Origin: Mytilus edulis
Taxonomy: Eukaryota
Direction of reading: 5' to 3'
Assembly: GCF_963676685.1 (NCBI RefSeq)
Contig: NC_092344.1
Coordinates: 22,134,001-22,198,000, forward strand
DNA length: 64,000 nt
The notes beneath the pieces are model-generated. The model was not told the origin of the DNA. It made no database searches and was given only the letters and a program-made list of their open reading frames with translations. The position numbers were made by a program, and so were the translations under genes. This document shows, in pieces, positions 10,054 through 23,113 of the stretch. The stretch's first letter is position 1, and the number at the start of each line of letters is the position of its first letter.

Positions 10054-13000
10054 ATGAAAGTTTTACTTAGTTTGTGTCTGTTGGTGGTACTTATACAATA
10101 TGTTCATGGGTAAGTCACAACATATTACTAGTGTATTGGAGGCCATATACTTTAACGGTGTCAGAATCTACAGCAAGTGACATGTGTGTGTACATATGTA
10201 TTGGTGTTTTATGCTTTTCTGTTTTGAACATACCAATCTTTTTGTCTTGAAAAATTAGTCCGAGAAAGCCCACGGCCCCAGCTTGTCTGGCAAAACAGCC
10301 GTTGGACGTCAGAGTAATCTCGGACTAGAAAAATAGGATTGTGCCCAACATTACAACTGTTTCATCTATGACAATATGGAGTAAAGAACCTGGAAATAAT
10401 ATATTCTTGTTTACCGCCAATCTTGGTAGCGAAGTAGTTATTTTTCAAAGAAAGTTCAAGTTCTGGCGATTTTCGTTTACAATGCTTATTGTTATTATAG
10501 TCAAATCATATCTAATACAAGTTATAACATTGATGAACGATTCACTATTCCGTATCTATATTGATTGCCACAACGCAATAATTAAGCATAAATAATATTC
10601 ATTTTGATGGGCAATATATTAAATTTCCGTTGTAGTTTGAATTGTGTCGTTATAAATAAGAGCACTACATTTGACTTTTATTATAACTTCGCAACTTTGT
10701 TTTTATCACGAGTAAGGCGTGATAAAAAGTTAGCTATGTCGAAAATAACACTACACTTTGACAATTACCGGCTTTTGTATGATTATCATATGCTAATCAT
10801 GGGTATCTTTAATTTCTAGCTAATATAACTATGAAAATGTAGTAATACGGTAAAAGAACTATGACAATGTATTAAGTTATATAGAGTTATAAAACTATGA
10901 CAATGTAGTAATGTATTAATATAACTATGACAAAGTAGTAATGTAATTAAATAACTATTACAATGTAGTAATGCAGTAATATAACTGTAACAATGTAGTA
11001 ATGCAGAACATTTTGCCTATATGCAATACATAATTGTAATATTGGTGATTTTCCAGAGGATGTCAGACCTGTTACACAACAGAAGAATACTTGTCAAAAT
11101 ATTACTCAAGCTGTGGTATGTTCGGATGGAGTAGATGTACCAAAACAAGGTAGGTTCCTTATTAAGATCAAAACAAAATGTTGACTGCTGTATTTTTTTT
11201 TAATATTTTTACCTATTATGTCTGTTTGTTTTGATCACGCATCGTTGTCAATATAATTGAATTTGATGCGACTGTCATACAAGTGAGAGGTTTAGCTAGC
11301 TATAAAACCAGGTTCAATCCACCATTTTCTACATAAGAAAATCCCTGCACCAAGTCAGGAATATGACACATACAAGGTAAGGTCCTTGCCTTCTATCATG
11401 CAAACTTAACAAATAGAATCATTTTCATGACAGCGTGGGCAACCGCAGTACTTAGGTTGGTAATAATACGGAATCATTTATATTTAACTTGTTTGTAATC
11501 GCCTATCGATACCAATGATTTTACGCTCACTCAGTCTGTATGAGGCCTTCCATCGGGTATTTAAATAGAATGAAAGAGTAAGGTACATGCAGGTGCCCGA
11601 GAAGAAATAACACGTACGATATGACAACTGGGCAAACGTTCACCTAATCTGACCCAGTCAATTGATAATCTGATCGCGCCAAAAAAATGGTCATGTCCAC
11701 GCTATTATGAAAATGATTCTATTAATTAGGCAAATAGGAATCAATAAAAAAACTTCTTTTTTTTCCCTTCAGAACTTCAACCAGACAAAAATCGTATTCA
11801 TGCAAGTGTTCAGGTAAGTACTATGTAGTATGGAAAATCTTTCCTTATTGAAGTTCAAGCCATATACATAACATACTAGTATTATCACCATATACATATA
11901 TAGAAAAAAATAAAAACAACAGATAAAGTAATTGAAAATGAACGATTGAAACCAATCCAGAAAACACATTCGAAGCTGTTATTGTTGGCATTTGTATTTG
12001 CATAGACCAATGAAAAAAGGTTCTTTATATTGAAAACTTGATCACTTTTATAGGCTTCTAGTCTAAATGTCGAACTCTCACCTCATATGTTCTTTACTGA
12101 CCCCATATATATCGTAATAGGTGACAAGCACACTGTGTAAATAATATTATTTTTGCAAATTTATGCAAATACCATTATTGAGTAGTGCATTCCATTATTA
12201 AGTAGTGCATGTAAACCATTATTAAGTAATGTTTAACAATTATTGAGAAGTGTACGGCATACCATTATTGAGTAGCACATATACCATGTAGTTTTTTTAA
12301 AATTTATTATGTGATTACTTGGTCGTTTTTTTTTTAATGATTATTTGATTACCAGACCAAATATTTCATGACTATTTGATTATTTGATAATCTAGGACGT
12401 TTTTTTTTTATTATTTGATACTTTTGTTTAAAATATGTTTTATATTGATTATGTGATTATATTGGAAAAACATTTGTGATTATGTGATTACTTGGACCCC
12501 CCCCCCCCCCCCCCCGTGAGGGGCCACAGAAGTGTATTTAAATTACCAATTCAATTGCAGTAAATGGAGGATGGAGTGGCTGGTCAACGAAAATCACATG
12601 GCGTAATGATTGTTCAACAACATGTGGACAAGGAATAGAAACAGGATACAAAACCAGAACTTGTACAAATCCAGCTCCGCAATACGGCGGCAGTAGTTGC
12701 TCTGGTTCTAGTACACAAACACAGCATCGATCATGTAAAGTCAAAGAATGCCCAAGTAAGCTATAACGTTTACATTTAAACAAATTCTGGAGGGAATAAA
12801 GTCCCTTTTATTTTTGTGTAAGTATTGGATCTATTTATGAATCTTTTTTAAACCTAGCTTACGAAGCTCATAGTGTACTTTTAATCATGTGTACTAGTTG
12901 TAGAAGCTTATCATAAAACTGGGATCATAAAATTACTAAAATCTAGTTGGTAAAGCATACAGTCTGTTTTTTTATAATTAAACCTTGTTTATGAAGTAAA

Positions 13001-16000
13001 TATTTCTAGACAAGAAATAAAATGTCTGTAGCCGCAATGGAGTTTATTTACCAAACATTTGTTTTAAGCCTTAGACTGAAAAAAGCAAAACATACAAAAC
13101 TTGAAGATTAGTATTTTTTAACATCAAATAAAATTCGTTTGGTCTTTTGTGGAGAGTTATCGCATTTGCCATAATACCACATCTTATTTTTTATAATAAG
13201 TAACTTATTTGAAAAAAGAAAAATGTCTATTTTAGTTGATGGTGGATGGACATCATTCTCTAAATACACATGGAACAACGATTGTTCAGCAGCATGTGGT
13301 GTAGGTGTTGAAACAGGATATAGAACGAGATCCTGTTCTAATCCTACCCCAGCATATGGAGGAAAAACATGTTCTGGTGCAGCAACTGAAAAAGCATCAC
13401 GTAGTTGTAAGATAAAGGAATGTCCTAGTAAGTCTTCCTTCGTTTTGGTTGCCATTAATTTTTTTTTCTCTGTTAACTTAATTTCCTCCTAACAAAATAT
13501 AATGAATGTTTTCTGTTCTAATGCAACTAAACTTCGTTGAAAAAACTTAAGAATTCACAATTATTCATGGAAGAGTTTTTCTTAAATCGAACTAGCTTAA
13601 AATCTTTGTTCTTAAAAAGTGAAGATAGCTTCCTTGGGTTTGTTTTCTGTCTACTTTCGTGTTTATTTATAATCCACACACTATTTATAACAGTTGATGG
13701 ACAATGGAGCGGTTATTCTACAGTGTCTTGGAACAATGATTGTTCAACAACTTGTGGCGTTGGAGTAGAAACAGGAATTAAAACAAGAACCTGTACTAAT
13801 CCAACACCAGCTTATGGTGGCAACCCATGTTATGGAGTTTCCTCGTCTACGCAGAAACGGCAGTGTCAACTTAAAGAATGTCCAAGTAAGAATTCAAGAT
13901 GAGTCTTTTATCTAAATTCGCTAAGCAACACTTAAATTAACAAGAAATTATTTATTTCAATTTTTACCAGTAAAAGCATGACAGGATTATTCCTTTTCCT
14001 TTCATTTAGAAAATTACGGTATTTTTCACGTTTTAGAATTATCCGGTATTATTTATAATTTTCGTAGTAATGTTTTCAACCTCTTTTCCTGAAATCTAAA
14101 AATCTTCGATTTCACCCATGAAGCAAACTTATCAAAATCTATATATACTTTCTTTAATGAAAATAATATAAAAAAATAGAATTGAGAATGGAATAACATT
14201 GTAAATCCAAACCAATATTGTCTTCCTTGAGAATTGTCTAAGCTATTACAGAGAACACTACACACATTTTTGCAAAACCCCTTGAGAATATTCTGTATGA
14301 CAAGGTATCTTACTTTTAGTTGACGGAGGTTGGACTGATTACACAGTAGTCACATGGAGTGGTAAATGTTCTACGACTTGTGACTTTGGAATAGAATCAG
14401 GAGTAAAAACCAGAACATGCACCAACCCGGAGCCATCTTTTGGTGGTAAACCATGTGTGGGAGAATCTTCGGCTACAGAGAATCGACAGTGCAAAACTAA
14501 AGAATGTCCAAGTGAGATTTTCTTTCGACACTTACAATTAAAACGGAAACTTCGGAAAAATTGAACGAGATCGACAATAATACAATTTGTACTGCAGCTA
14601 CAATACTTCTTGTTATATAATTTACAAAATATATAGAAACAAAGTGATGTGTCAAGCAATGTTGATTTCAGGTCATGTCACTTTTCTTCATAATTCGGGG
14701 TTACATTAGAAATGGGGAATACAATTTTTAAAGGAACATCCAAATTATCATAAAGTTTAAAATACACAATTTTTTAAGGTATTGGCTCGATTCTATGTAT
14801 CATCGCTTCGTGTGGATTTTCGTTTAGGTGCCATCTAATTAACTACTAAGTTGACCTCCGAAGACTGTCGATGGGCGATATAAGCATAGACTATGATATA
14901 TATATATAAATAGATAGCAAACTCATCGAATTTCTCTAGGTCAGCTTAATCTGATAGTTTAGGTTTAAGATATATGTTAATCATAGTTTTTACCTGTATA
15001 AGAATGAGTGTGTGTGTGTGTGGATCGAATCAGTCAACCAAATGATTTACCGTGGTTTCACTTTCAATGTTGACATTCCTTTCCTTTTACAGCGGATTCC
15101 ATTGAATATGTAGTCAAAGGTAATATCTTTGGTTAGCTTGCTTGTTAGCTGAACCGTGAAGTCATTGGTTTTTTTTTATAGAAGTCATTGTTAGGTTAGG
15201 TAAACTACCCTACTTTAAGAATAGACTAGTCCGACAGAAAACCAACCTATCTGTCTTTTGGACTATGCTACTTCGAGAAGGGTAGTATACCTGACCTAAT
15301 AATGACTTACGGTTCAGCTAACAAGCAAGCTAACCAAAGATATTACCCATGGCTACACACTCAATGGAATCCGCTGTAATTACCAAACACACATAGTTCA
15401 TGCGTAATTCATCTCTAGCTAAAGGATTAAATTGAAAGTCACATGGATGCGGATTCAATGAGGTAGAATTATTCACTTGCAAGTAATAATTCATCATCGA
15501 TGTTTCTTAGCTTATTTTGACAAAATTGAACCAGACTGGCTTCTTAAAGCGAACTATTATTACACTTTTCACTTTCCTCAATGACTAAACAAAAAATATA
15601 TATATATATACTAGTTTATATATCGTAGCTAGTGCCCCTTTAAAAATAAACACATTATAGTAAATCTCAAACATTTTAACATGTATCATTATATGTGATA
15701 TTTTATTCAGAAGCTGTTCATTGTTTGATGAAAGTACATACTCAATTAAGCAGCATAAAATCTGCTGCTTTAGAATATTTAATTATTTGGTTTTTTTTTA
15801 TGTTGAAGTTGATGGCGGCTTGAGCGAATACTCTCCTGTCGTATGGAACGGTGAATGTTCAACTACTTGCGACTTTGGAACAGAATCAGGAGTAAAAACA
15901 AGAACATGCACCAACCCATCACCAGCATATGGTGGTAAAGGTTGTGTCGGAGAGTTATCTGCTACAGAAAGTCGACAGTGTAAACTGAGAGAATGTCCAG

Positions 16001-18529
16001 GTAAGCTAGTTTTTTTTTTAGAGTTAACCAAAAATATGAATTTTAAAATATATATACACTACCTTAAACTTTGCTACTAGTGGAGTATTTTTGCATTTTT
16101 ATTTTCTATTTTAAGTTGATGGCGGCTGGAGTGAATACTCTCCTATCACATGGAGCGGTGAATGTTCTACTACTTGCGACTTTGGAACAGAATCAGGAGT
16201 AAAAACAAGAACATGCACCAACCCATCACCAGTATATGGCGGTGAAGATTGTGATGGAGAGGTATCTGCTACAGAAACCCGACAGTGTAAACTGAGAGAA
16301 TGCCCAAGTTAGTTTATATCTAAATAATTTTCAAAATTCGTTTTAGCAAAACAGCACCACACCCTCCCTTCAAAAATGTTTTAAATAAGATGAACAGCAA
16401 CTCTGTGAACGAAACTCTGTCAATTAAAAACAATATAATGATTATGTGAAATGTCAATCATATATTACAATTGCACATTCCAACTCTTTTGTTTTTCTTT
16501 AGTTGACGGTGGATGGTCCGACTATGGAACTTTCACAGAATGGAGTTCGTGTTCTGTAACATGTGGCCTGGGAATACAGACAAAGTCACATGATCGAACA
16601 TGTACCAATCCAGAACCTCAGTATGGCGGGAAAGTGTGTGAAGGAGGAAAAACTGAGACTGTTAGCAAAGACTGTGACATGGAAAAATGTCCAGGTAAAA
16701 ACTACATGGAATTAATAATATTTTGTTTTTATGAGATTTGTAAAATCACTGTTAACATACATTTTTCAAGGCATGATCTGAAACATTATATCGAAAGAGA
16801 TTGATAGCATTTGATTAAAAAAAAATATTGTGACTAATGTTTCATTGATTACGTTCACACTAATTTCAATCGTTTGTCTATTTTTCAGAAACTATTTGTT
16901 CTGAACTTGGACAAGGACACACTTTCACTGCTCATTTACAGCAGTGCACTAAATATTTGAACTGCTTAAATGGGGAAGTAACTGTGACGAGTTGTAGCGA
17001 TGGTACAGAATGGAACAATGACATGAAGACATGCGCATTTCCTACAGCAGGTAGCACATGTCTGACAACAGAACCAAATGGTACTATATTTAAATTGTAT
17101 TAAACATTAGTTGATTATATATCAATGAAGAATCCAATCCACACTTAACACGAAATACGTACCTCTGTATAAAAACTTGGTGTACAGTACCGAAATGTTG
17201 ATTCACTACATTTAAAGCTGAAGGAAGAATGTTTAACCAAGAGTTCAAAGTTGTGAAGCAGAAGTCACCCCTTCGATTTGTTGACCATTGTGGAAATCAT
17301 TTGACTCAGATATGTTCAAATAACATAAGTTAACTACGCCAGATGCACATTTTGATAATTAATGTGTGCAGTGATGCTCGAGGCCAAAACATTTGAAAAA
17401 TCTAAAACATAAAAACAATGCAACAAAATCTCGAATATCCTGGACACAACGATGTCGGGAACATACATTCCTTATTTTGATCGAAAAAAACCAATTAAAA
17501 ATACCAATAGAAAACTACCATGAAGTTTGATGAGACATCATTATTCACGGGTAAGTAATGAACTTGTGTTGCTTACAGGATCTGCTTACCACTCCGGTGC
17601 ACCTGACATCACCCCTCGTTTTTGGTGGGGTTTGTGTTGCGTACAGTCTTTTGTTTTCTATATTGTGTTTAGTGTACTATTGTTTGTCTGTCTTTTCTAT
17701 TCTAGCCACGGCGTTGTCAGTTTATTTTCGATTTATGAGTATGTCCCTTTGGTATCTTTCGCCCCTCTTTTAAATAATTATGTTTCATTTAAGATGAAGG
17801 AGTATCCTGTCAATTTCACGGACAACATCTTTCACATCCAACTGATTGTCACAAATTTTATCAGTGTGTTGGAACAACACCAAACGAGATGTCCTGCAGT
17901 AATGGTTTAGCTTGGAATGAAGCCATTGGAAACTGTGACCATGCTGTAAATGTGGAACTCTGTAATGTAAATAATCCCGATGATGGCGCTGCTGATGCTG
18001 AAGAAAGTACAAATGAGTCAGCTGTGATAGGTAATACATATTTATAGATATGTTTTCTACATGCTTTAGACTTTTATTGATTTTCGAACATTCAAATTTG
18101 AAATAGAAAATGATTTTTTTGTCACTTTTGTAGGGTTAAATAACAACTCATTTGTTTTTAACAGTTACAGATGTTTAATACCCGAAATTCTAGAACGGAT
18201 GTATTGATGTGATTATATGACAAATAACATGACAAATATCATATATGGGAGGACCAAACAACTATAGTATGTTCAAAGTAAAAGAAAGAATTTATATAAA
18301 AAAAAGGTTTAAATCAGGAAAGCATCAGCAACCAGTATAATACAACTGTAATTTGATATATATTTTCCAATTCACAGAGGAGTTTGTCTGTGGAGGAAAT
18401 ACCGGTTACTTTGCTGATCCTAAAGAGTGCACCAAATACTACTGGTGTATTGCTGGACAGAAATATCACATGCCGTGTGCTGCAGGAACTCATTTCGAAA
18501 ATGGAGGGTGTGTCGCAGGAACATGTTAA
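10054..18529 (+). CDS. Secreted protein: signal peptide + Cys-rich N-terminal module + 7 thrombospondin type-1 repeats + 3 chitin-binding type-2 (CBM14) domains, ~705 aa
   Basis: Exons 10054-10109 ([19 protein letters not shown]), 11057-11149, 11773-11813; TSP1 exons 12561-12755, 13236-13427, 13694-13885, 14320-14511, 15809-16000, 16116-16307, 16503-16694 (DGGW...CSTTCG...RTCTNP.P.YGG..C...C...CP); CBM14 exons 16889-17080, 17794-18030 ([11 protein letters not shown]...[15 protein letters not shown]), 18378-18529 ([13 protein letters not shown]...CAAGTHF). All GT-AG, 2118 nt in frame; AATAAA at 18655. Confidence 0.92.
10257..10327. mobile_element. Tiny hairpin/MITE in intron 1
   Basis: tagtccgaga ... 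tctcggacta terminal inverted repeat around a GC-rich core. Confidence 0.45.
10825..11005. repeat. ~30-bp minisatellite (ataactatgacaatgtagtaatg...)
   Basis: About 6 imperfect tandem units in intron 1 of the TSP1 gene. Confidence 0.8.
15088..15378. mobile_element. TA-flanked MITE (Tc1/mariner-type ends) in a TSP1 gene intron
   Basis: ta-cagcggattccattga...gttagcttgcttgttagctgaaccgt is inverted relative to acggttcagctaacaagcaagctaac...tcaatggaatccgctg-ta; ~75 bp arms. Confidence 0.85.
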
Positions 18530-18788
18530 AGAGTTTAGTATAGTTATATATATTTATGTGTATTGATGTGAAGCCAAATCCATATTTTAAAATCTTATGA
18601 TTTTTTTGATTTTTTTTTCAAGAAATCTTTTAAACACGTGTTTAAAATCTACACAATAAAAAATATAGCATATGAAAATAAATGAATTAAGTAAAAAAAA
18701 AAGATACAAGTATAAGTCAAATATAGGAGAATTTCAATGAAAAAAGTATAAACAAAAATACCGATCTCAAAACGGAAATTACAAACTG

Positions 18789-18880
18789 GGAATCCATAGA
18801 ACCTGACAAAGAGAAGCGGTCGTCTCTATCAGCCGGAATCCATAGAACCTGACAAAGAGAAACGGTCGTCTCTATCAGCC
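18789..18880. repeat. 46-bp tandem duplication
   Basis: ggaatccatagaacctgacaaagagaa(g/a)cggtcgtctctatcagcc x2. Confidence 0.85.
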
Positions 18881-19610
18881 AACAGTATTCCTAACCGCAC
18901 AAGCATTTTCCGAAGAAAACGGTTTTTATAGCTATCTAGTATATATTGACGGCACAAATTAACAAACAACATAAACGATGCTTTTTGTAGACTAAAAATA
19001 GGCATGAGTTAGATTCGGTGCATAATATAGAATCTAATAGTAACAGTTGGGGAACATTAAAATATGATGATTTTTACTTTTCAGGTCAGTGAAAACAACG
19101 ACAAGAAATTGTGTAGGAGGATACGAACAGGGCGATGCATTCATTCTAATGACTATTGTTAATTATTTCTTATTTTATATTTTTATATTATACATTGTAA
19201 TTATCTATTTCAAAATTATAATCATTAAATAAGTATTTGCAATTTGTTGATCACATGGTCTTGTTGTTTAGAACCTAGTTTCGATCCACTTGCATAGTGA
19301 GTTCATGCGAGGTGAATCTTAGAAGGCTAATGTCGCCTCTGAGTTGCATGAAACTGCAGTAGCTTAATTTATCAAGGGAATAATGAGTCGATTTTAATGT
19401 TGGTTATGTATAATTTAAAAACATAAAAAAAAACATGGAAATAACTATAGTTCAAGGGTAAACAATTGTGTTCTACCTGATCTGCAATAAGAGGTGACGT
19501 CATGCACTGTGCCACATACGGTTTTCGTCATGAATTTGTTAGTCTAAACTCTAAACTACCAGAGCTCCTCATGTGTTTTGGTAGGAGTTGTGTTGATCAG
19601 TAAATAAATA

Positions 19611-21100
19611 GGCACTGGCTACGGTTACATGGAAATGTAACAATAATAAAAATATTATTGTTACATCGGAGACTAATTGCCGGAATGCAAAGTTGGGCAA
19701 GGAACCGATTAATTACGAATGTAACAATAATTATTGAGGCTACGGTTACATTGTGTTATTGTTACATGAAAAACAGCAATGTACGCTAAATTTATTAAAT
19801 TTAAATCTTCTTTAGCTGTGTTGCTTAATTCTTTCATATGTACTAATTAATACTTGTAATAATGATAATTAATAAGTATTATTATTATACAAATGATGTT
19901 TAAGTAGTTTTACATATTAATCTTAAAGGTAATAAAAATACCTCAGATTAGCAGTGTCAAAATGAATGCGAAAAATATAGTTTGTTGTTGAGAACTGGGG
20001 CTGATAAAGTGTTCACTTTTTGAAGTATTTAACTGCACACCTTCTCTTATTACTGTCATTATATACTTTGAACAATGGATGCAGAGATTTATTTTACCAA
20101 TTTAGTTTTGGATGAAAAACTTGGGATGCGTTTGAAACGAAAATGAAACAATATCAAGACACAAATTTCATACAGCTCTATAGCTATAGCTCTATACAAA
20201 AGCAACTCTAAAAAATTGATACATCAACTGAAGCAAAGTTTGTTAATTGCTAAGTTGGATACTGAAATCTGAGGTAAACCTAACATCCGTAATAGACGGC
20301 AATGCAATCATATTGAAAGACAACATGAAACTACACCACATGCTTTCAACCAAAAGATCGGATGAGAATATCAACATTGCGAGAGTAAAATAGTATTTCT
20401 CACCGAAAGCATGGCAAACATTAAAGACCGACCGTGCAAGGGCTGTATAGCCAGTCAAGGTCGTTAAAAACTTCCATTTGTAACATTAAAGATTTCCTGA
20501 TCTTCTAAAAGGAATATCGCAGAATTGAATTGCACGGTATGCGATACAGACGTTCACTGCGGAGGGTAGGAGGGGTCCTGATCCCGAAATCCCGGGCTTA
20601 AAAACATGAAGTCCCGAGGTCCCGAATTAAAAAAAAAAAAAAATCCCGACATCCCGAAAGATCAATCTCGATATCCCGAGCTTAAAAAAACACCCGATCC
20701 CGCATCCCGAAAAAGGTCCTGCCCCCTTATTACTGGTGTGTGATGGCTGCTTGGAGTGGATTCGTCAAAATGATGTGTCGGACTTAAACATGCTCCAAAA
20801 ACCACTTACTGGATATTTATAAACTGTCATTGTAAATAAAAAAAAAATAAAGACATTGTATGTATTGTAAATATAAAATAAATGTCTTAAACTTTTATTA
20901 TTTAGTACTTATTACAAGTCCCCATCGTACATTGCTGTTTTTCATGTAACAATAACGCTATGTAACCGTAGCCTCAATAGTTATTGTTACATTCGTAATT
21001 AATCAGGTCCTCATCCAACCATGCATTCCGGCATTTAGTCTCCAATGTAACAATAATATTTTTATTATTGTTACATTTCCATGTAACCGTAGCCAGTGCC
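19611..21100. mobile_element. Non-autonomous Mutator-like (MULE) foldback element
   Basis: ~175 bp TIRs (ggcactggctacggttacatgg... / ...ccatgtaaccgtagccagtgcc); 9-bp TSD aaataaata at 19602-19610 and 21101-21109; carries a nested cccga-rich insert at ~20561-20727. Confidence 0.85.
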
Positions 21101-21456
21101 AAATAAATACAGTCTAGTTTTATGTGGTGATTTCTATAGGCTGTTGTTTGTCTTTTCATTGTTTTACATAGTTTGACATGAATTTATCGGTCTCAAATCA
21201 TGAGATTTGATTCTCCATTCAGTGTCATCTGCTTTTTTTACTTTAAAAGGAAAATATAAGTAATTCAAGTATTTTGTTAGGTTTCTGCCATTGAAATATC
21301 TTTAGGACCAAAAGACACGGAAATTAACAACCTTAGGTTACTGTACGACCTTCAACAATGAGCAAAGCCCATACCGCATAGTCTGCTATAAAAGTTCCCA
21401 ATATGACAGTGTAAAACAATTTAAACGAAAAAAATTAACGGCCTAATTTATGTACA

Positions 21457-21760
21457 AACAAGAATGTGTCCCAAAGTACACGGATGTTCCATCCGCACTT
21501 TCATTTTCTATATTCAGTGGACCGTGAAAATGGGATAAAATCTCTAATATTGCATTAAAATTAGAAAGATCATATCATGGGTAACATGTTTACTAGGTTT
21601 CCAAGTTGATTGGACTTCAACTGCATAAAAAAATACCTCGACCAAAAACTTTAACCTGGACAATACACTTTAACTTGAAGCGGAACGAACGAACGGACGG
21701 ACGGACTAACGTACGGTACAACGAACGGACGGACGCAAAGACCAGAAAACATAATGGGTA
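21457..21760 (+). mobile_element. HINE-like (Helentron-associated) fragment with (acgg/acga)n microsatellite
   Basis: Starts aacaagaatgtgtcc, has an internal gaacgaacggacggacgg microsatellite, and is inserted in a SINE-like repeat. Confidence 0.55.
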
Positions 21761-22063
21761 TAAACACATAAACAAACGACAACCACTGAATTACCACAGG
21801 TACTTGTGGACAGGCTACCCTGTGGGTGCCCCTGAATGGGAGTATCCCAAATGACCCCCCATGCAGTTTAATTTTTATTTATATTTTTCATTAAATGTTT
21901 ATTTTAATTGTTTTTACTTGTAATATATGTATATAATTACAGGCTCCTGACTTGGGACAGGCACATACATACAAAATGTGACGGAGTGAAACATGTTAGC
22001 GGGGTCCCAATCCTCCCCTAACCTGGGACAGTGGTGTAACAGTACAATATAAGAACGAACTAT

Positions 22064-23113
22064 AACTAGAGGCTCTAAAGAGCCTGTGTCGCTCACCTTG
22101 GTCTATGTGAATATTAAACAAAGGACACATGACAAAATTGTGTTTTGGTGATGGTGATATGTTTGTAGATCTTACTGTTATACTAAACATTCTTGCTGCT
22201 TACAATTATCTCTATCTATAATGAACTTGGCCCAGTAGTTTCAGTGGAAAGTAAAAATTTTGCACGGTTGACTTATTTTTAGGTCTTACTTTGCTGTACA
22301 TTATTGCTGTTTATAGTTTTGCTCTAACTATAATAATATTCAAAATAATAACAAAAAAACGGCAAAATTCCTTAAAATTACCAATTCAGGGGCAGCAACC
22401 TAACAACCAGTTATCCGATTCATCTGAAAATTCTAGGGCAGACAGATCTTCACCTGATAAACAACTTCACCTCCAGTCAAATTTGCTCTAAATGCTTTGG
22501 TTTTTGAGTTATAAAACCCCTATGTTCTATTTTTAGCCATGGTGGCCATCTTGGTTGGTTGGCCGAGTCACTGGACACATTTTTTAAACTAGATATCCCA
22601 ATGATGGTTGTGGACAAGTTTGGTTTAATTTGGCCCAGTAGTTTCAGAGGAAAGATTTTTCTAAAAGATTACTAAGATTTACGAAAAATGGTTAAAAATT
22701 GACTATAAAGGGCAATTACTCCTAAAGGGGTCAACTGCCCATTTTGGTCATGTTGATTTATTTGTAAATCTTACTTTGCTGAACATTATTGCTGTTTACA
22801 GTTTATCTCTATCTGTAATAATATTCAAGATAATAACCAAAAACAGCAAAATTTCCTTAAAATTACCAATTCAGGGGCAGCAACCTTACAACGGGTTGTC
22901 CGATTCATCTGAAAAACCTGATAAACAATTTTACCCCATGTCAAATGTCACCGGACACATTTTTTTTAACTAGATACCCCAATGATGATTGTGGCCAAGT
23001 TTGGTTAAATTTGGCCTTGTAGTTTCAGAGGAGAAGATTTTTGTAAAAGTTAACGACGACGGATGACGGACGCCAAGTGATGAGAAAAGCTCACTTGGAC
23101 CAGGTGAGCTAAA
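22064..23113 (+). mobile_element. HINE-like element, family B
   Basis: 5' aactagaggctctaaagagcc...gctcacc, internal ~480 bp repeated block, (acg)n microsatellite, 3' hairpin agctcacttggaccaggtgagct-aaaa; homologous to 25912-26240 and 60535-62931 on the - strand. Confidence 0.75.

Noticed and set aside
12538-16031. Minus-strand ORFs (81, 115, 106, 77 aa)
   Set aside because: Antisense shadows of the TSP1 exons.
22291-22973. Repeated MLxIIAVYS... ORFs, also at 60611
   Set aside because: Internal repeats of HINE-like family B, not a gene family.
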